Below are positions 52,305 through 64,000 of a stretch of 64,000 nt of DNA, piece by piece (the stretch's first letter is position 1; the number at the start of each line of letters is the position of its first letter). Source of the DNA: Octopus vulgaris (lineage: Eukaryota). The notes under the pieces were generated by a model. That model was not told the DNA's origin and did no database searches. It saw only the letters and a program-made list of their open reading frames with translations. The stretch covers positions 25,172,001-25,236,000 of the forward strand of contig OX597836.1 in assembly GCA_951406725.2 (NCBI GenBank), read 5' to 3'. Made by a program: the position numbers and the translations under genes.

Positions 52305-53160
52305 CATCATTATCATCATCATCATCATTTAATGTCCTTTGTCCATGCTGGCATGGGTTGGACAGTTTGGCCAGGGCTGGCAAACTGGAAGGCTGCACCA
52401 GACTCCAGTCTGATTTGGCATAGTTTCTATGGTTGGATGCCCTTCCTAATGCCAAGTGCTCCAAGAGTGTAATGGGTGCTTTTATATGCCATTGGCACAA
52501 GTGCCATTTGCGTGACAGTAGTATCTGCCATGACTGTGATTTTACTTGGTTTGATGAGTCTGCTTCTCAAGCATGGCATAATGCCAAGGGTCTCATTCAT
52601 TTGTTATTGCCTCTGTGAACCCCAACACTCAAACGGAACTTTTCATGCGCCACCAGCATCAGCCATCTTACCTTAATGAAGCCCAATGCTTGAAAGGTGC
52701 TTTTCATGTGCCACTGGCACAGGTGCTGGTTACGTGACACCAGCATCAGCTACAACTACAATTTCACTTGGCTCGATAGTTCTTCATAAACACAGCATAT
52801 CACCAAAGGTCTTGGTCACTAGCCATTACCTCTAAGAGGCCCAAAGTTCAAAGATCATGCTTCACCACCTTGTCTCATGTCTTCCTAGGTCTACCTCTCC
52901 CACAGGTTCCCTCCACAGCTGTCCTTGTCCATATGCATCACACAACCACACCAGCGCAGTTGTCTCTCTTGCACACTACATCTGATGCTTCTTATGCCCA
53001 ACTTTTCCCTCAAGATGCTTACACTTTGTCGTACATGCACACTGACATTGCACATATAGCAAAACATACTGGCTTCATGTCTTTCAAGCCTAGGTGTGTC
53101 CTTGGCTGTCACAGCTCATGTTTAACAGCTGTATAGCATAGCTTTCTCATACAGGTATCA
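52305..53160 (-). mobile_element. RTE-clade LINE 3' fragment with (GAT)n tail; the same 3' end recurs at ~17331-17770, 20434-20790, 24000-24290, 24510-24700, 35955-36430
   Basis: Minus frame reads LREKLGIRSIRCSVQERQLRWCGCVMHMD...GRPRKT, the RTE ORF C-terminal RLRW.GHV.RM...GRPR motif. Confidence 0.8.
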
Positions 53161-53174
53161 TACAGGCTTTCTTT

Positions 53175-53524
53175 CATATGGAATAATGAATGCAGGCATA
53201 TCATCGCCATCACTAGTGATCACTCTAAACACCATGATGTTGACTGGATGTTTGATTTTCATCACTCTTAGTACGTGTCCTCAGATTGACACCCAAACGC
53301 TCTGAAATGTTTGTATTGGAGCTTCCAGTGTGACTGCCAAGCAGCAGTACAGCATGCCGTTTCCAAATTTCTGGCAGAGTGAATTGCATCAGGGTGCTGT
53401 TTTTCTCACAGAAGGTGCCCAATTGACCCTACAATACTGTGTAGTCAACAAAATCAAAAGCAAATGATGCTCATGTGTGAAATTTAAAATATAAAATGGT
53501 AACGATTACCCATTACACCCTGTA
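53175..53524 (-). mobile_element. Tc1/mariner-superfamily fragment (left TIR and transposase N-terminus)
   Basis: Minus strand begins TACAGGGTGTAATGGG. The ORF piece KRHAVLLLGSHTGSSNTNISERLGVNLRT resembles an HTH N-terminus. Confidence 0.55.
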
Positions 53525-54037
53525 TGTGTGTGTATATGTATGTGTGTATGTATGATGAATCTATTGGACTGCCAAGTTACAGAACATACAATAACAAAAC
53601 ATAGTAAAAACAGTAGTTTTTACTCACACAGACACATTATGCACAACAGTGCATAAATCCTGAAGGGTTGAAATAAATTTAATTAAAAAGTCTGTGAGAG
53701 AAATATGAAAATGTAAACATATTCCTTTGATACTTATGACATGTGAAAAAAAAAACGAGTGGCAAGGAGAGAGTCTCTTGAGAGACCATTTCATGGCTTG
53801 TTGACTGCTCCTCAGAGTAAATGGTCCAGTGTGTGTGGGTGTGCAGTGAGTCAACACACACGTACATAACAACACACATGCATACATACAGAAGAGACAA
53901 ACACACACACACACAACATGGATGTGTTTTAGTTGTAGTCTGTTCATATTTTAGTGGTTTTGTTGTTGTTATAAGTTCTATATTTGTAACACATTACCAC
54001 AATTTGTAGATAAGCTGTTCCTGCTATAGTTGTTGTG

Positions 54038-54080
<43 letters not shown>

Positions 54081-57066
54081 GGGTGGTGAGCTGGCAGAAT
54101 TGTTAGCACACTGAATGAAATGCTTAGCAGTATTTTGTCCATTTTTATGTTCTGAGTTTGAGTTTGCCTTTCACCCTTGAAAAATGAAGTACCAGTGTAA
54201 CACTGGTACTTCAATGTAATCGATAAGTCTCTCTCCTCCAAAATGTCAGGCCTTGTGCCTTTAGCAGAAAGGATTATTGTTGTTATTAATGTTAAGGTAG
54301 TGAGAAGGCAGAGTTGTTAACATGCCAGGGAAAAAGCTTAGCACCATTTCTTCTGGCATGACATTCTGCATTCAAATCCAAAGGTCACTGAGGTCATCTT
54401 TGCCTTTCATGCTTTGGGGTGGGGGGGTCAATAAAATAAATACCAGTTGACTACTGGGGCTGATGTAATCAAGTAGCCCCTTGCCACACTATTTAGAGTC
54501 TTGTGACTAGAGTAGAAAGGATTATTATTACGATTATTGAGGTGGTAAACTGGCAGAAACATCAGCATTTTGTCCATCTCCGTTCTGAGTTCAAATTCCA
54601 CCGAAGTCAACTTTGTCTTTCATTCTTTTGGGGGTCAATAAATTAAGTACCAGTGAAACACTGAGGTCGATGTAATCAACTAGTCCACTACCCCCAACAA
54701 AATTTCAGGCCTTGTGCCTTTAGAAAGGATTATTATTATTATTGAGGAGGTAATCTGGCAGAAACATGAGTTTCAAATTCCGCCAAGGTCAACTTTGCCA
54801 TTTATCTGTTCAGGGTTGAAAGGATGGAAGCCACTGGGAGCTGATGTGATTGACAAGCTCTCTCCCCTAAAAGAATTTCAAACCTTGTGCCTATAATAGA
54901 AAGGATCATCATCATTATTATTATTATTATGGTGGTGAGCTGGCAGAATCGTTAGCACGCTGGACAAAATGCTTAGCAGTGTTTCGCTTGTTGCTGCATT
55001 CCTGAGTTCAAATTCTGCTGTGGTCGACTTTGCCTTTCATCCTTTCGGGGTCGATGAAATAAGTACCAGTTACACACTGGGGTCAATGTAATCAGCTAGT
55101 CCCCTCCCCCTGAACTTCAGGCCTTGTGCCTATAGCAGAAAAGATTATTATTATTATTATTATTATTATTATTGTTATTATTATTATTATTGTTATTATT
55201 AGTGACGTTAGTGACTGTTGTACATTGTCATAATGAATTAATTTTGTGTAGCTTTTTTTTTTTGTTCACCCTGTCTTCAGCATTCCACCATTGTCGTTAA
55301 CCACTTTAATTATTACAGCTGCATGTGATCACCTCGAACCTTCCTTGCCTTCAATGTGTACCTTTTGTTTTTGTTTTCTAATATGTGATTAAGTAAAATG
55401 CTCCAGCATGGCGTGTGTATTACTGGTATCACTCATTCAACCACCTGCTGTCACCACCACCACTACCACCACCGCCACTGTCATCACCAACCTGTGTGTT
55501 GATGTATGTTTGTATGTATGTATGTATGTGTGTGTTTATCTTTTCAGGTGAAAATATTTCATGTTGTTAATTATTAATTGTTTTAATTGAAAATTCTTCT
55601 CTAGAGAAAAAAAAAAAATGAAAAACAATTTTTTTTTTCTTTTTTGTGAAAAATTAAATTTTCAGTATTGTTGGCCAGAACTGGTTGTGTTGGATCTAAT
55701 TTCGTTTTGAGCTCATAATCCACCATGGGTCCATTTTACTTTCATTGCTTTGAATGATTGATTAAATAAGTATGAATCATGAAGGCATACGACTTAGTGG
55801 TTGGGGTATTCAGCTCTTGAATGTAAGGTCGTGAGTTTGATTCCTGGCAGCACATAGTGTTCTTGAGCAAGACACTTTATTTCATGTTGCTCCATTCTGC
55901 TCAGCTGATAGAAATGAGTAGTAGTACCTGTAATTCAGAAGGGGCCAGCCTTGTCACATTCTGTGTCATGCTGACTCCCTTGAGATCTATGTTGAGGGTA
56001 CATGTGTCTGTAAAATACTCAGCCAGTTGCTTATTAATTTCCCAAGCAGGCTGTTCTGTTGATCAGACCAACTGAAACCCTCTTTGATGTAACTAATGGG
56101 CCACCTGTTACAATATGAACCCTTTTCTGCAGTTAACATAATTGTCTCTTCTTTTCCCTAAACTTCCTCAAATATCTCATCTTGAGATTATTTTAAAAAA
56201 ACATTGTTGTTGTTGTTATTAAGATAGCAAGCTAGCAGAATCATTTGAGTGTTGGAAGAAAAGCTTATCAACTTTTCTTTTGGCTTTACATTCTAAGTTC
56301 AAATTCTGCTGAGGTGAACTTTTCCTTTCATTCTTTTGGACTTGATAAAGCAAGAACCAGTTGAGCATTGGAATCAATGTGATTGGTTCTCTGGTGCCCT
56401 CCAACTTTCAGGCTTTGTGCCTATAATACAAAGAATTATTATTATTGTTAACCTTTTAGCATTTAGATTTCTTTGTCAAACGTGACATTTATTCACATTG
56501 TTTTGAATTAATCACGCATCATTTTGTAGCTTCAAGATTTCAATGGTGTGTTTTTATATTTTTAAAATGACATTTTATGGTAGGTGTGAGAGGTTAAATC
56601 TGGTCAGTTTTAATATAAAACAGGTTGAATATTTAGGCTGGATATGGCTGGATTAAATGCTAAAGGGTTTAGGCAGGGAGCTGACAGAATCATCTACAGC
56701 ATTTCCTCTGACTTTCTATATTCTGAGCTAAAAAATTCCTGCCTTTCATGGGCCCCCTAAAATAAAAAACCAGTTGAGCAAGATTGGTGCAGGCAGCTTC
56801 TGCTTTCCCATCAAAACTGCTGGTCTTGTGTCAGTTTGCAACAGAGTGAATTCTACTAAAAGAATGTGTGTGTCTGTATTTGTCCCCCGACATCTCTTGA
56901 CAACTGATGCTGATGTGTTTACGTTCCTGTAACCTTAACGGTTTGGCAAAAGAGACTAATAGAATAAGTACTGGGCTTACAAAGAATAAGTTCTGGGGTT
57001 TATTTGCTCAACTAAAAGCGATGCCCTAGCATGGCCGCAATCAAATGACTGAAACAAGTAAAAGAG

Positions 57067-57099
<33 letters not shown>

Positions 57100-57754
57100 G
57101 TGAAAGTAAGGTTGGTCATGGTTGGAAAGCCTTTGAATGTATATCTACTTGATCATAATTGATCCTATAGTCAAACAGCATCATCTTTGAGTAATAAAAG
57201 GTAACAACCACCACCACTGGTAGAATCTCAACTCAAGTAACATGATTTCTACTTTCATTTACTTCAGTATCACGGACATTAAACCCAAGGTCAGTTTTTG
57301 TAAGCAAGGCAGCATAATCTATTGAATGAGACCCAGTTTTTTCTGTGGCAATTCCTTATTTTATCAACTCCAAAGGATTGACCATTTACAGGTCAACTTT
57401 TACTGCAATTTGAAATCGTAACCGATCTAAATTCTTCATCCAATCTGTTGCACCACCATTTCTGCCAACACCCTGATACCTACTTATCCTACCTCTCATT
57501 TTGCTCATCTTAATCCAATTACAGTTATTTTCTCTGTTATTCTTCAATTATTATATATTAATGTATTTTTTCAGTTAAGGTTTGTTTCTTCCAGTTGTTA
57601 ATTTGTTGTTTTTGTAAACATTTTCAATTCCCTTTTTTTAATTTTACCATAACCTTTTTGTTCAAACTCCCATCCTTGAAGTTCCCTGTATCCTGAAGTG
57701 CCATCTTTGTTCCCAGTTATTCTGTATTTCTGATTCTGTATTTTGTCCTTTTAG

Positions 57755-57775
57755 AATTTTACTCTGAATCTACAT
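57755..57775 (+). CDS. Candidate 21-nt microexon (EFYSEST)
   Basis: Long pyrimidine tract + ttttag acceptor, CAT|gtatgt donor, symmetric phase 1-1. Confidence 0.4.
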
Positions 57776-58317
57776 GTATGTTTGTGTGTGTATATTTATA
57801 CATATCCGACTTGTATTGTGCCGACGAAATGCTTAGTGGTATTTCGTCTGTCGCTACGTTCTGAGTTCAAATTCCGCCGCAGTCGATTTTTGCCTTTCAT
57901 CCTTTCGGGGTCCATAAATTAAGTACCAGTTTCGCACTGGGGTCGATGTAATCAACTTAATCCGTTTGTCTGTCCTTGTTAGTCCACTCTATGTTTAGCC
58001 CCTTGTGGGTAGTAAAGAAATATATGGGAGATATGTACACCAATATAACAAATGTATATAAATGCACATTAGAAATTGTAACACACACACCAACATACTT
58101 GTACATTTTCAGCTCTCTACATTTTTGTTTCAGGTCATGTGTTTTGCCAGTAAAACACAAAGAATTTAACTGGTTGTTTTCAAGAATTCAACTGGTTGTT
58201 TTCAAGTCTTATGTGCAATGTCATGCAGTTGTGAGGCAATTATGTCTTTCATCTGCTAATTAGCGAAGAGGAATTAGTATTTTTTGAGTTGTAACAATAT
58301 CTGTTGTTTTGCCATAG

Positions 58318-58496
58318 AAGCTGAATTATTGGACTCCCAAGTGGTGATAGAAAAGAGTGGCGCCAAGCCTCAAGACCTGGATGCTGTCCCAGAAACAGAG
58401 CTCTTGGATATTTCTGCCAACAGAACTAAGGCAACGCTAGCAAACGTTGGCAGTCTTGCTACTAGGCGACCACCCACAAAGAAAGGAAAAAGTGAA
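58318..58496 (+). CDS. PPP1R9A/B-like: Neurabin-1-like exon (EAELLDSQVVIEKSGAKPQDLDAVPETELLDISANRTKATLANVGSLATRRPPTKKGKSE)
   Basis: Tandem TAG/AAG acceptor, GAA|gtaaga donor, phase 1-0. AVPETE.LD..A....A.L......R.P resembles the post-coiled-coil motif of neurabin-1. Confidence 0.9.
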
Positions 58497-58969
58497 GTAA
58501 GATAACTGTTGTTTTATTTATTTACTTACTGACAGTGTTTGCTAGAAATAGCAGCTGTGGTTTTATGAAAGTTTAATGTTTCAAAGAAGGACTCAGATAA
58601 AGCAAATTGTATTTTTTGGACCCTCAATTTGGGTGTTTGCCAGCTAATATTCTGCCATGGGTCTCTTTTACATGTGGCCTAACCCTTTAAGATGTTAATG
58701 CTTATATTATGTAATATTTTGATGTGGCTGTGTGTTAAGAAGTTTTCTTCCCAACCACATGGTTCTGTGTTCAGTCCTACTGCACAGCACCTTGTGCAAG
58801 TGTCCTATTATAACATTGGGCTTCTTACCACACAGCCATGTGGTAAGTGTGGTATATATATATATATATATATTATATGTATAGAAACTCCCATCTTATT
58901 TTTAACCTAATTTTTGACAAAAAAAAAGAGTTCTTTATACATGTTAAAATATGGTAATGTGTGTGTATA

Positions 58970-59272
58970 ATAATAATAATGAAATTATTGTATACAGTGC
59001 TCAGGTGCACCACAACTTGTCAGAAAGTGCATATAAAGTACATGCAGTAATGTAGAAATGTCTGGAAAGCGAACAATGTATGAGTCAGATACATGCTTGT
59101 GTGTGTATGGAGGGGAGAAAATCAAGTGTAGTGTTGGCGAATCTCAGGAAGCATGGAAGTTTTGAAGGATGCAGTGCTCCGACAACTAACAACCGATGCC
59201 GGCAGTTTGTTCCATGCTTCAGCAACTCTCAGCGTGAAAAAATGTTTCCTGAAGTCATGGGAGCTGTGCTGT
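58970..59272 (-). mobile_element. CR1-clade LINE 3' end (older + strand copy at ~16990-17330)
   Basis: Minus frame reads HDFRKHFFTLRVAEAWNKLPASVVSCRSTASFK (the FF..RV...WN.LP motif), with an (ATT)n tail. Confidence 0.85.
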
Positions 59273-59603
59273 TTATATATATATAATTTTAAAATAGGAT
59301 AAAAGTAGTTTGCATGAAAAACCTCATAAGAGAAAGATCCACCAATATTTCTCTTAAATATATTTATTTATATTATATATAGGGCATTACTATACATAAA
59401 TGCCATACGCTAGGAGGTTGGTTCATTCAATTAAAATTCTTCAAGGTTGTGCCCCAGCATGGCCACAGTCTAATGACTGAAACAAGTAAAAGAATAAAAA
59501 ATATGACCTAGTCTATGTAGCTGTTAATAGGTACCACAAGGTAGCAAGATCTTCACGGTTTAAGCAGCAGTAACAGATTAAGGGTTCACTTTTACCTGTA
59601 TTA

Positions 59604-59635
59604 GAGAGAGAGGCACACACACACACAGAGAAAGT

Positions 59636-59669
<34 letters not shown>

Positions 59670-59925
59670 ATGAGAGAGGAAAACACGCACACACAAAGTT
59701 AGATAGATAGAGAGGGAGAGAGAAAGGGAAAGAGAGAGACGCACACACACAGAAAGTGAGATAGATAAATAGAGAGGGAGAGAGAGAAGCACACACACAC
59801 ACACCTAGAGAAAGTGAGATAGAGAGAGAGAAAGACATAGACACACACTCATACAGATAGATAGAGGGAGAGGGGGGGAGACACACTCACAGAAAGTGAG
59901 ATAGGTAATTAGAGAGGGAGGGAAA
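59604..59925. repeat. Composite (CA)/(GATA)/(GA) minisatellite, ~60-bp period
   Basis: CACAC..AGAAAGTGAGATAGATAGATAGAGAG recurs about 5 times. Confidence 0.8.
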
Positions 59926-60082
59926 GAGACGGAGGCTGGATGGAAGGGATCTGCTAGTCTGAGTTTTTTTCTGAGGAACACTAAATGGAAACGATACCTG
60001 GAATGGTGCCCCTTAAGACCCATGAGGTTATAGTAGTCACCACGTCCCTACGTTTTTTTTTTTTTTTTTGTTTTTCTCTCAG

Positions 60083-60225
60083 TGTGACAGTGATCAAGAA
60101 GATATGGAAGAGAACAATGAAGGGATTCCAGAAATTCAGGGAGAGAACACTAACAACAACATCGGTAACAATGGTGTTGATGGCGGTGACGGCGGTGGCT
60201 TGGAGACCTGGATCAAACACGACAG
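60083..60225 (+). CDS. PPP1R9A/B-like: Neurabin-like exon (CDSDQEDMEENNEGIPEIQGENTNNNIGNNGVDGGDGGGLETWIKHD)
   Basis: Long T tract + ctctcag acceptor, CAG|gtaagc donor, 143 nt, phase 0-2, open in frame. Confidence 0.82.
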
Positions 60226-61964
60226 GTAAGCAATGTTTGTTGTTACCATTGGCAACAGTTAATCAGAACATTGGTTAGTGAAGATCATCATTAGTTAAGA
60301 CTATTTTTATTATTATCATTATTATTATCATTATTATCATTATTATTATCATTAGTATTATTATCATCATCATTATTGTTGTTGTTGTTAAGGCGGTCAG
60401 CTGGCAGAATCGTTAGTGCACTGGACGAAATGCTTAGCGGTATTTCATTGGCCATTACGTTTTGAGTTCAAATTCCACCGAGGTCGGTGGAATTTGCCTT
60501 TCATCCTTTCGGGGTTTGATGAAATAAGTACCAGTTACGCACTGGGTTGATGAAATCGACTGTCCCCCTCCCCCAAATTTCAGGCCCTGTGCCTTGTGTA
60601 GAATGGATTATTATTGTTGTTCTGGCAGTGAGCTGGTAGAATTGTTAGCATGCCGGGTGCAATGCTTAGCACTATTTTGTCTGTTTTTACATCTGGAGTT
60701 CAAATTCTGCTGAGGTCGACTTCAGTTTACATCCTTTTAGGGGTCTATAAATAAAGTACCAGTTGAATACTGGGTTGATGTTATTGACTAGCCCCCTCTC
60801 CCCAAATTTCAGGCCTTGTACCTATAGAAGAAAGGATTATTATTATTATTATCATTATTATTATTATTAAGGTGGTGACCTGGCAGAATCATTAGCACAC
60901 TGGACAGAATGCTTGACAACATTTTGCTTTATGTTCTGAGTTCAGATCCTGTCGAGGTTAACTTTACCTTTTATCTTTTTAGGGTTGATAAAATTAGTAC
61001 CAGTTGAATATTGGTGTTGATGAAATCGACCAGCCCCCTCCCTCAAAATTTCAAGACTTGTGCTTATAGTAGAAAGGATTATTATTATCATCATCATGTT
61101 TCCAAAGACCAGGTCTTTTGGATTTACTTTATTGTGTTGGCAATGACTCCTGTTGAATTCCTGCTTTGGTCTTCCTTTAAATCTAGTTAGCGGGTGGAGG
61201 AAGTTGACAGACTAAAAACAGTTTCAAAACTGTTTGAAGGTTGTGCAAATAAGAGGTGACAACCCAGCTGTCAAACAATAAGTTATGGTTGGAAGATTTT
61301 GTTTGGTTTGCTGTAGGAATTGTGTTGTTGCTTAGAGTTCAAATATTCTTGCACAGAGGTAAGTACCACTGCCAATAAGCTAAATACAAGGCATCTATAT
61401 GCCTAGGTGACAAGTATTCAGTGAGCTGGCAGAATTGTTAGCACGCTTGATAAAATACTTAGCGGTATTTCATCCATCTGCATGTTCTGAGTTCAAATTC
61501 TGCTGAAGTTGACTTTGCCTTTCATCGTTTCGGAGTCGATAAATTAAGTACCAGTGAAATACTGGGGTCGATGTAATCGACTAACCCCCGCCTAAAATTT
61601 CAGGCCTTGTGCCTTTAGTAGAAAGGACTATTATTATTATTGGCATTATTATTATAGTTGATTCCAGGGGCAGTGTCCCCTACTATTTTATTCATTGAAT
61701 TTGTTTGTATTTTTTAAAATTTCTTTTCATCTCTTTTGGTTTATTTCTATGATGAACACACACACAAACATACACACATTACTCACTACTCACGCATGAC
61801 CACTTTATGCATACACACACATATTTCCACTATACATACACATATACTCACATTACTCAAGACCTTCAGTTCCACACATACCCGCATATACATAGATACA
61901 TGTAGCCACTACTACACCCACCCGTATGTCTATTCATTCTTCTTCTTCTGACTTGCTACAACAG

Positions 61965-61985
61965 ACTGCCTGCATTTGTACACAT
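61965..61985 (+). CDS. Candidate 21-nt microexon ((R)LPAFVH)
   Basis: CTGAC branch site and TGC upstream of caacag acceptor, CAT|gtaagt donor, symmetric phase 2-2 matching the upstream exon, no stop. Confidence 0.6.
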
Positions 61986-62514
61986 GTAAGTACTTTGTGG
62001 CTCCCCGGTTTCTTATTCTTTATATATTCTGCATGACACATTGGCACTTTCCTTGCAGATTCCTGAGATTATCAATGTTTTGTTTTTAACCATTATCATT
62101 GTTATTGTTGTTGTTTTTATTATTATTATTCTCATTAATATTAATTAATCATCTCTTAAATTTTTTCACTCACCATTTGTTATTTTCTTTTTTCCATCAA
62201 ATGCAGAAGCGTAGCAGCGTGGGTATTGAGGCAAGGAGAGGCATTTGCTCATTCCTGGCTGTTTGCATTAAAGGGAGCACCAATCCCCTTTCTTTCTTTC
62301 TTTTTTCTTTTTTACTTGTTTCAGTCATTTGACTGCGGCCATGCTGGAGCACCGCCTTTAGTCGAGCAGATCGACCCCGGCACTTATTCTTTGTAAGCCC
62401 AGTACTTATTCTATCGGTCTCTTTTTGCTGAACCGCTAAGTGACGGGGACATAAACACACCAGCATCGGTTGTCAAGCAATGCTAGGAGAACAAACACAG
62501 ACACACAAACATAT

Positions 62515-62547
<33 letters not shown>

Positions 62548-63522
62548 CATATATACGACGGGCTTCTTTCAGTTTCCGTCTACCAAATCCACTCACAAGG
62601 CATTGGTCGGCCCGGGGCTATAGCAGAAGACACTTGCCCAAGGTGCCACGCAGTGGGACTGAACCCGGAACCATGTGGTTGGTAAGCAAGCTACTTACCA
62701 CACAGCCACTCCTGCACCTTCTTGACTTTTCATACCTAATAATTAAGGTGGGGGGGGCCACCAAAAGGATTGTTTGTTTTCCCTGCCTTCTGGTGCCAAG
62801 AACCCTTGCTACGCTCCTGCATCAACACCAATTAAAAAAAGAAAATGAAAACAATTTCCAATCGTTATACTTTTGCTGTTGTCACATGACATGAATTGTC
62901 TCCCTTGTGATTGTTACCTCCCCTTTTCATATTCTTAATTTAGAAAAGCTTCATAGACGTAGTGAGAGACGCTGCTGTTCTTGATATTGCTGCCCCCTCA
63001 TATTTATTTTTGTTTTTTTTTTCTTGTTTTATTTCTTCCCTTTTTGAACTGCATGATTTGATTGGTTTTATCACACGTTTCTTTCCCTACATTTGCCATG
63101 TAGACAAAATATTTACTTTCCAGCTACATAACACCCAGGATATTCCCACTGCAGAATCTTTGACTGTAATATCTCTGGTTGGAATTTAAGCGTGGAATTC
63201 CATGGACAGCACACACACTTGTGTTTAACATCACTGATTCAGAGACACATTACTGAATCGAAACAGAATCTTAGTCTATTGATAAAATATAGATTGACAA
63301 AAATAAATACCTGATTGAAATTGTATCGAGACGTTGATGTGCTTGGCTAAAATCCCTTAAAATGCTACCCTAGTTAGGTCACAGTCATATGACTGAAACA
63401 AGTGAAAGAGTATCCGTAATTTATTCACACGTTTATGCATATGTACATATGATGTATACCTAATATTGTACATGCAGAAGTGCAGTATTGAGCACTCATT
63501 TTCAATCTTTAACATTTATGTA

Positions 63523-63573
<51 letters not shown>

Positions 63574-63577
<4 letters not shown>

Positions 63578-64000
63578 GTAAAAAGTGAAAAACTACAGAA
63601 GGCTTAAAGGTTAAAATATATATATTTGCGTCAATATGTCTGAAGAATATTAAAAAATTTTTTCTTACAATGACATAATTTAGAAGAAAGACCGGTTTCG
63701 CGTTTAGCTTTTCAAATTTCTTGCGACGTTATGTTTATCTTGAACAGAGTTATCAGATAACAGATAACTCTGTTCAAGATAACAGAGTTATCAGATAACA
63801 GAGTTATCAGATAACAGATAACTCTGTTCAAGATAAACATAACGTCGCAAGAAATTTGAAAAGCTAAACGCGAAACCGGTCTTTCTTCTAAATTATGTCA
63901 TTGTAATAAAAAAATTTTTAATATTCTTCAGACATATTGACGCAAATATATATATTTTTTAACCTTTAAGCCTTCTGTAGTTTTTTCACTTTTTACTATT
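63574..64000. repeat. Near-perfect palindrome next to (TA)n, running to the window end; Penelope-like
   Basis: AATAGTAAAAAGTGAAAAACTAC... pairs with ...GTAGTTTTTTCACTTTTTACTATT. The centre is built of reiterated CAGAGTTATC/AGATAAC pieces. Confidence 0.88.
63849..63887 (+). ncRNA. Hammerhead-like motif with U3-A8 core pair (identical - strand copy at 63684-63722)
   Basis: AAGAAA-t-TTGAAAA-GC(taaac)GC-GAAAC-CG-GTC^TTTCTT. GAAACCGGTC is typical of Penelope-associated minimal hammerheads. Confidence 0.55.

Overview
AT-rich, microsatellite- and SINE-dense eukaryotic DNA. The repeat families look like coleoid cephalopod (Octopus-type) sequence; this is inference, not a database result. The whole window lies inside one + strand gene, a neurabin/spinophilin (PPP1R9A/B) homologue. 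I can splice 11 phase-consistent GT-AG exons between 8922 and 60225. They encode the C-terminal half of the PDZ domain, an acidic tract, the coiled coil and the neurabin-1-like 'DAVPETELLD...RRPP' segment. The gene continues beyond both ends of the window. Almost all ORFs in the supplied track are microsatellite artefacts. The introns hold several tRNA-derived SINE families, LINE 3' fragments (CR1, RTE, R4/Dong-like), DNA-transposon MITEs and minisatellites. The most unusual observation is a set of at least five unrelated intronic minimal type I hammerhead-ribozyme motifs. Four sit in long fold-back (Penelope-like) inverted repeats, and their catalytic cores co-vary at the 3-8 tertiary pair (C3-G8, G3-C8, U3-A8, U3.G8). 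There are also several frame-preserving candidate microexons and alternative terminal exons. All folds and splice calls were read by eye.
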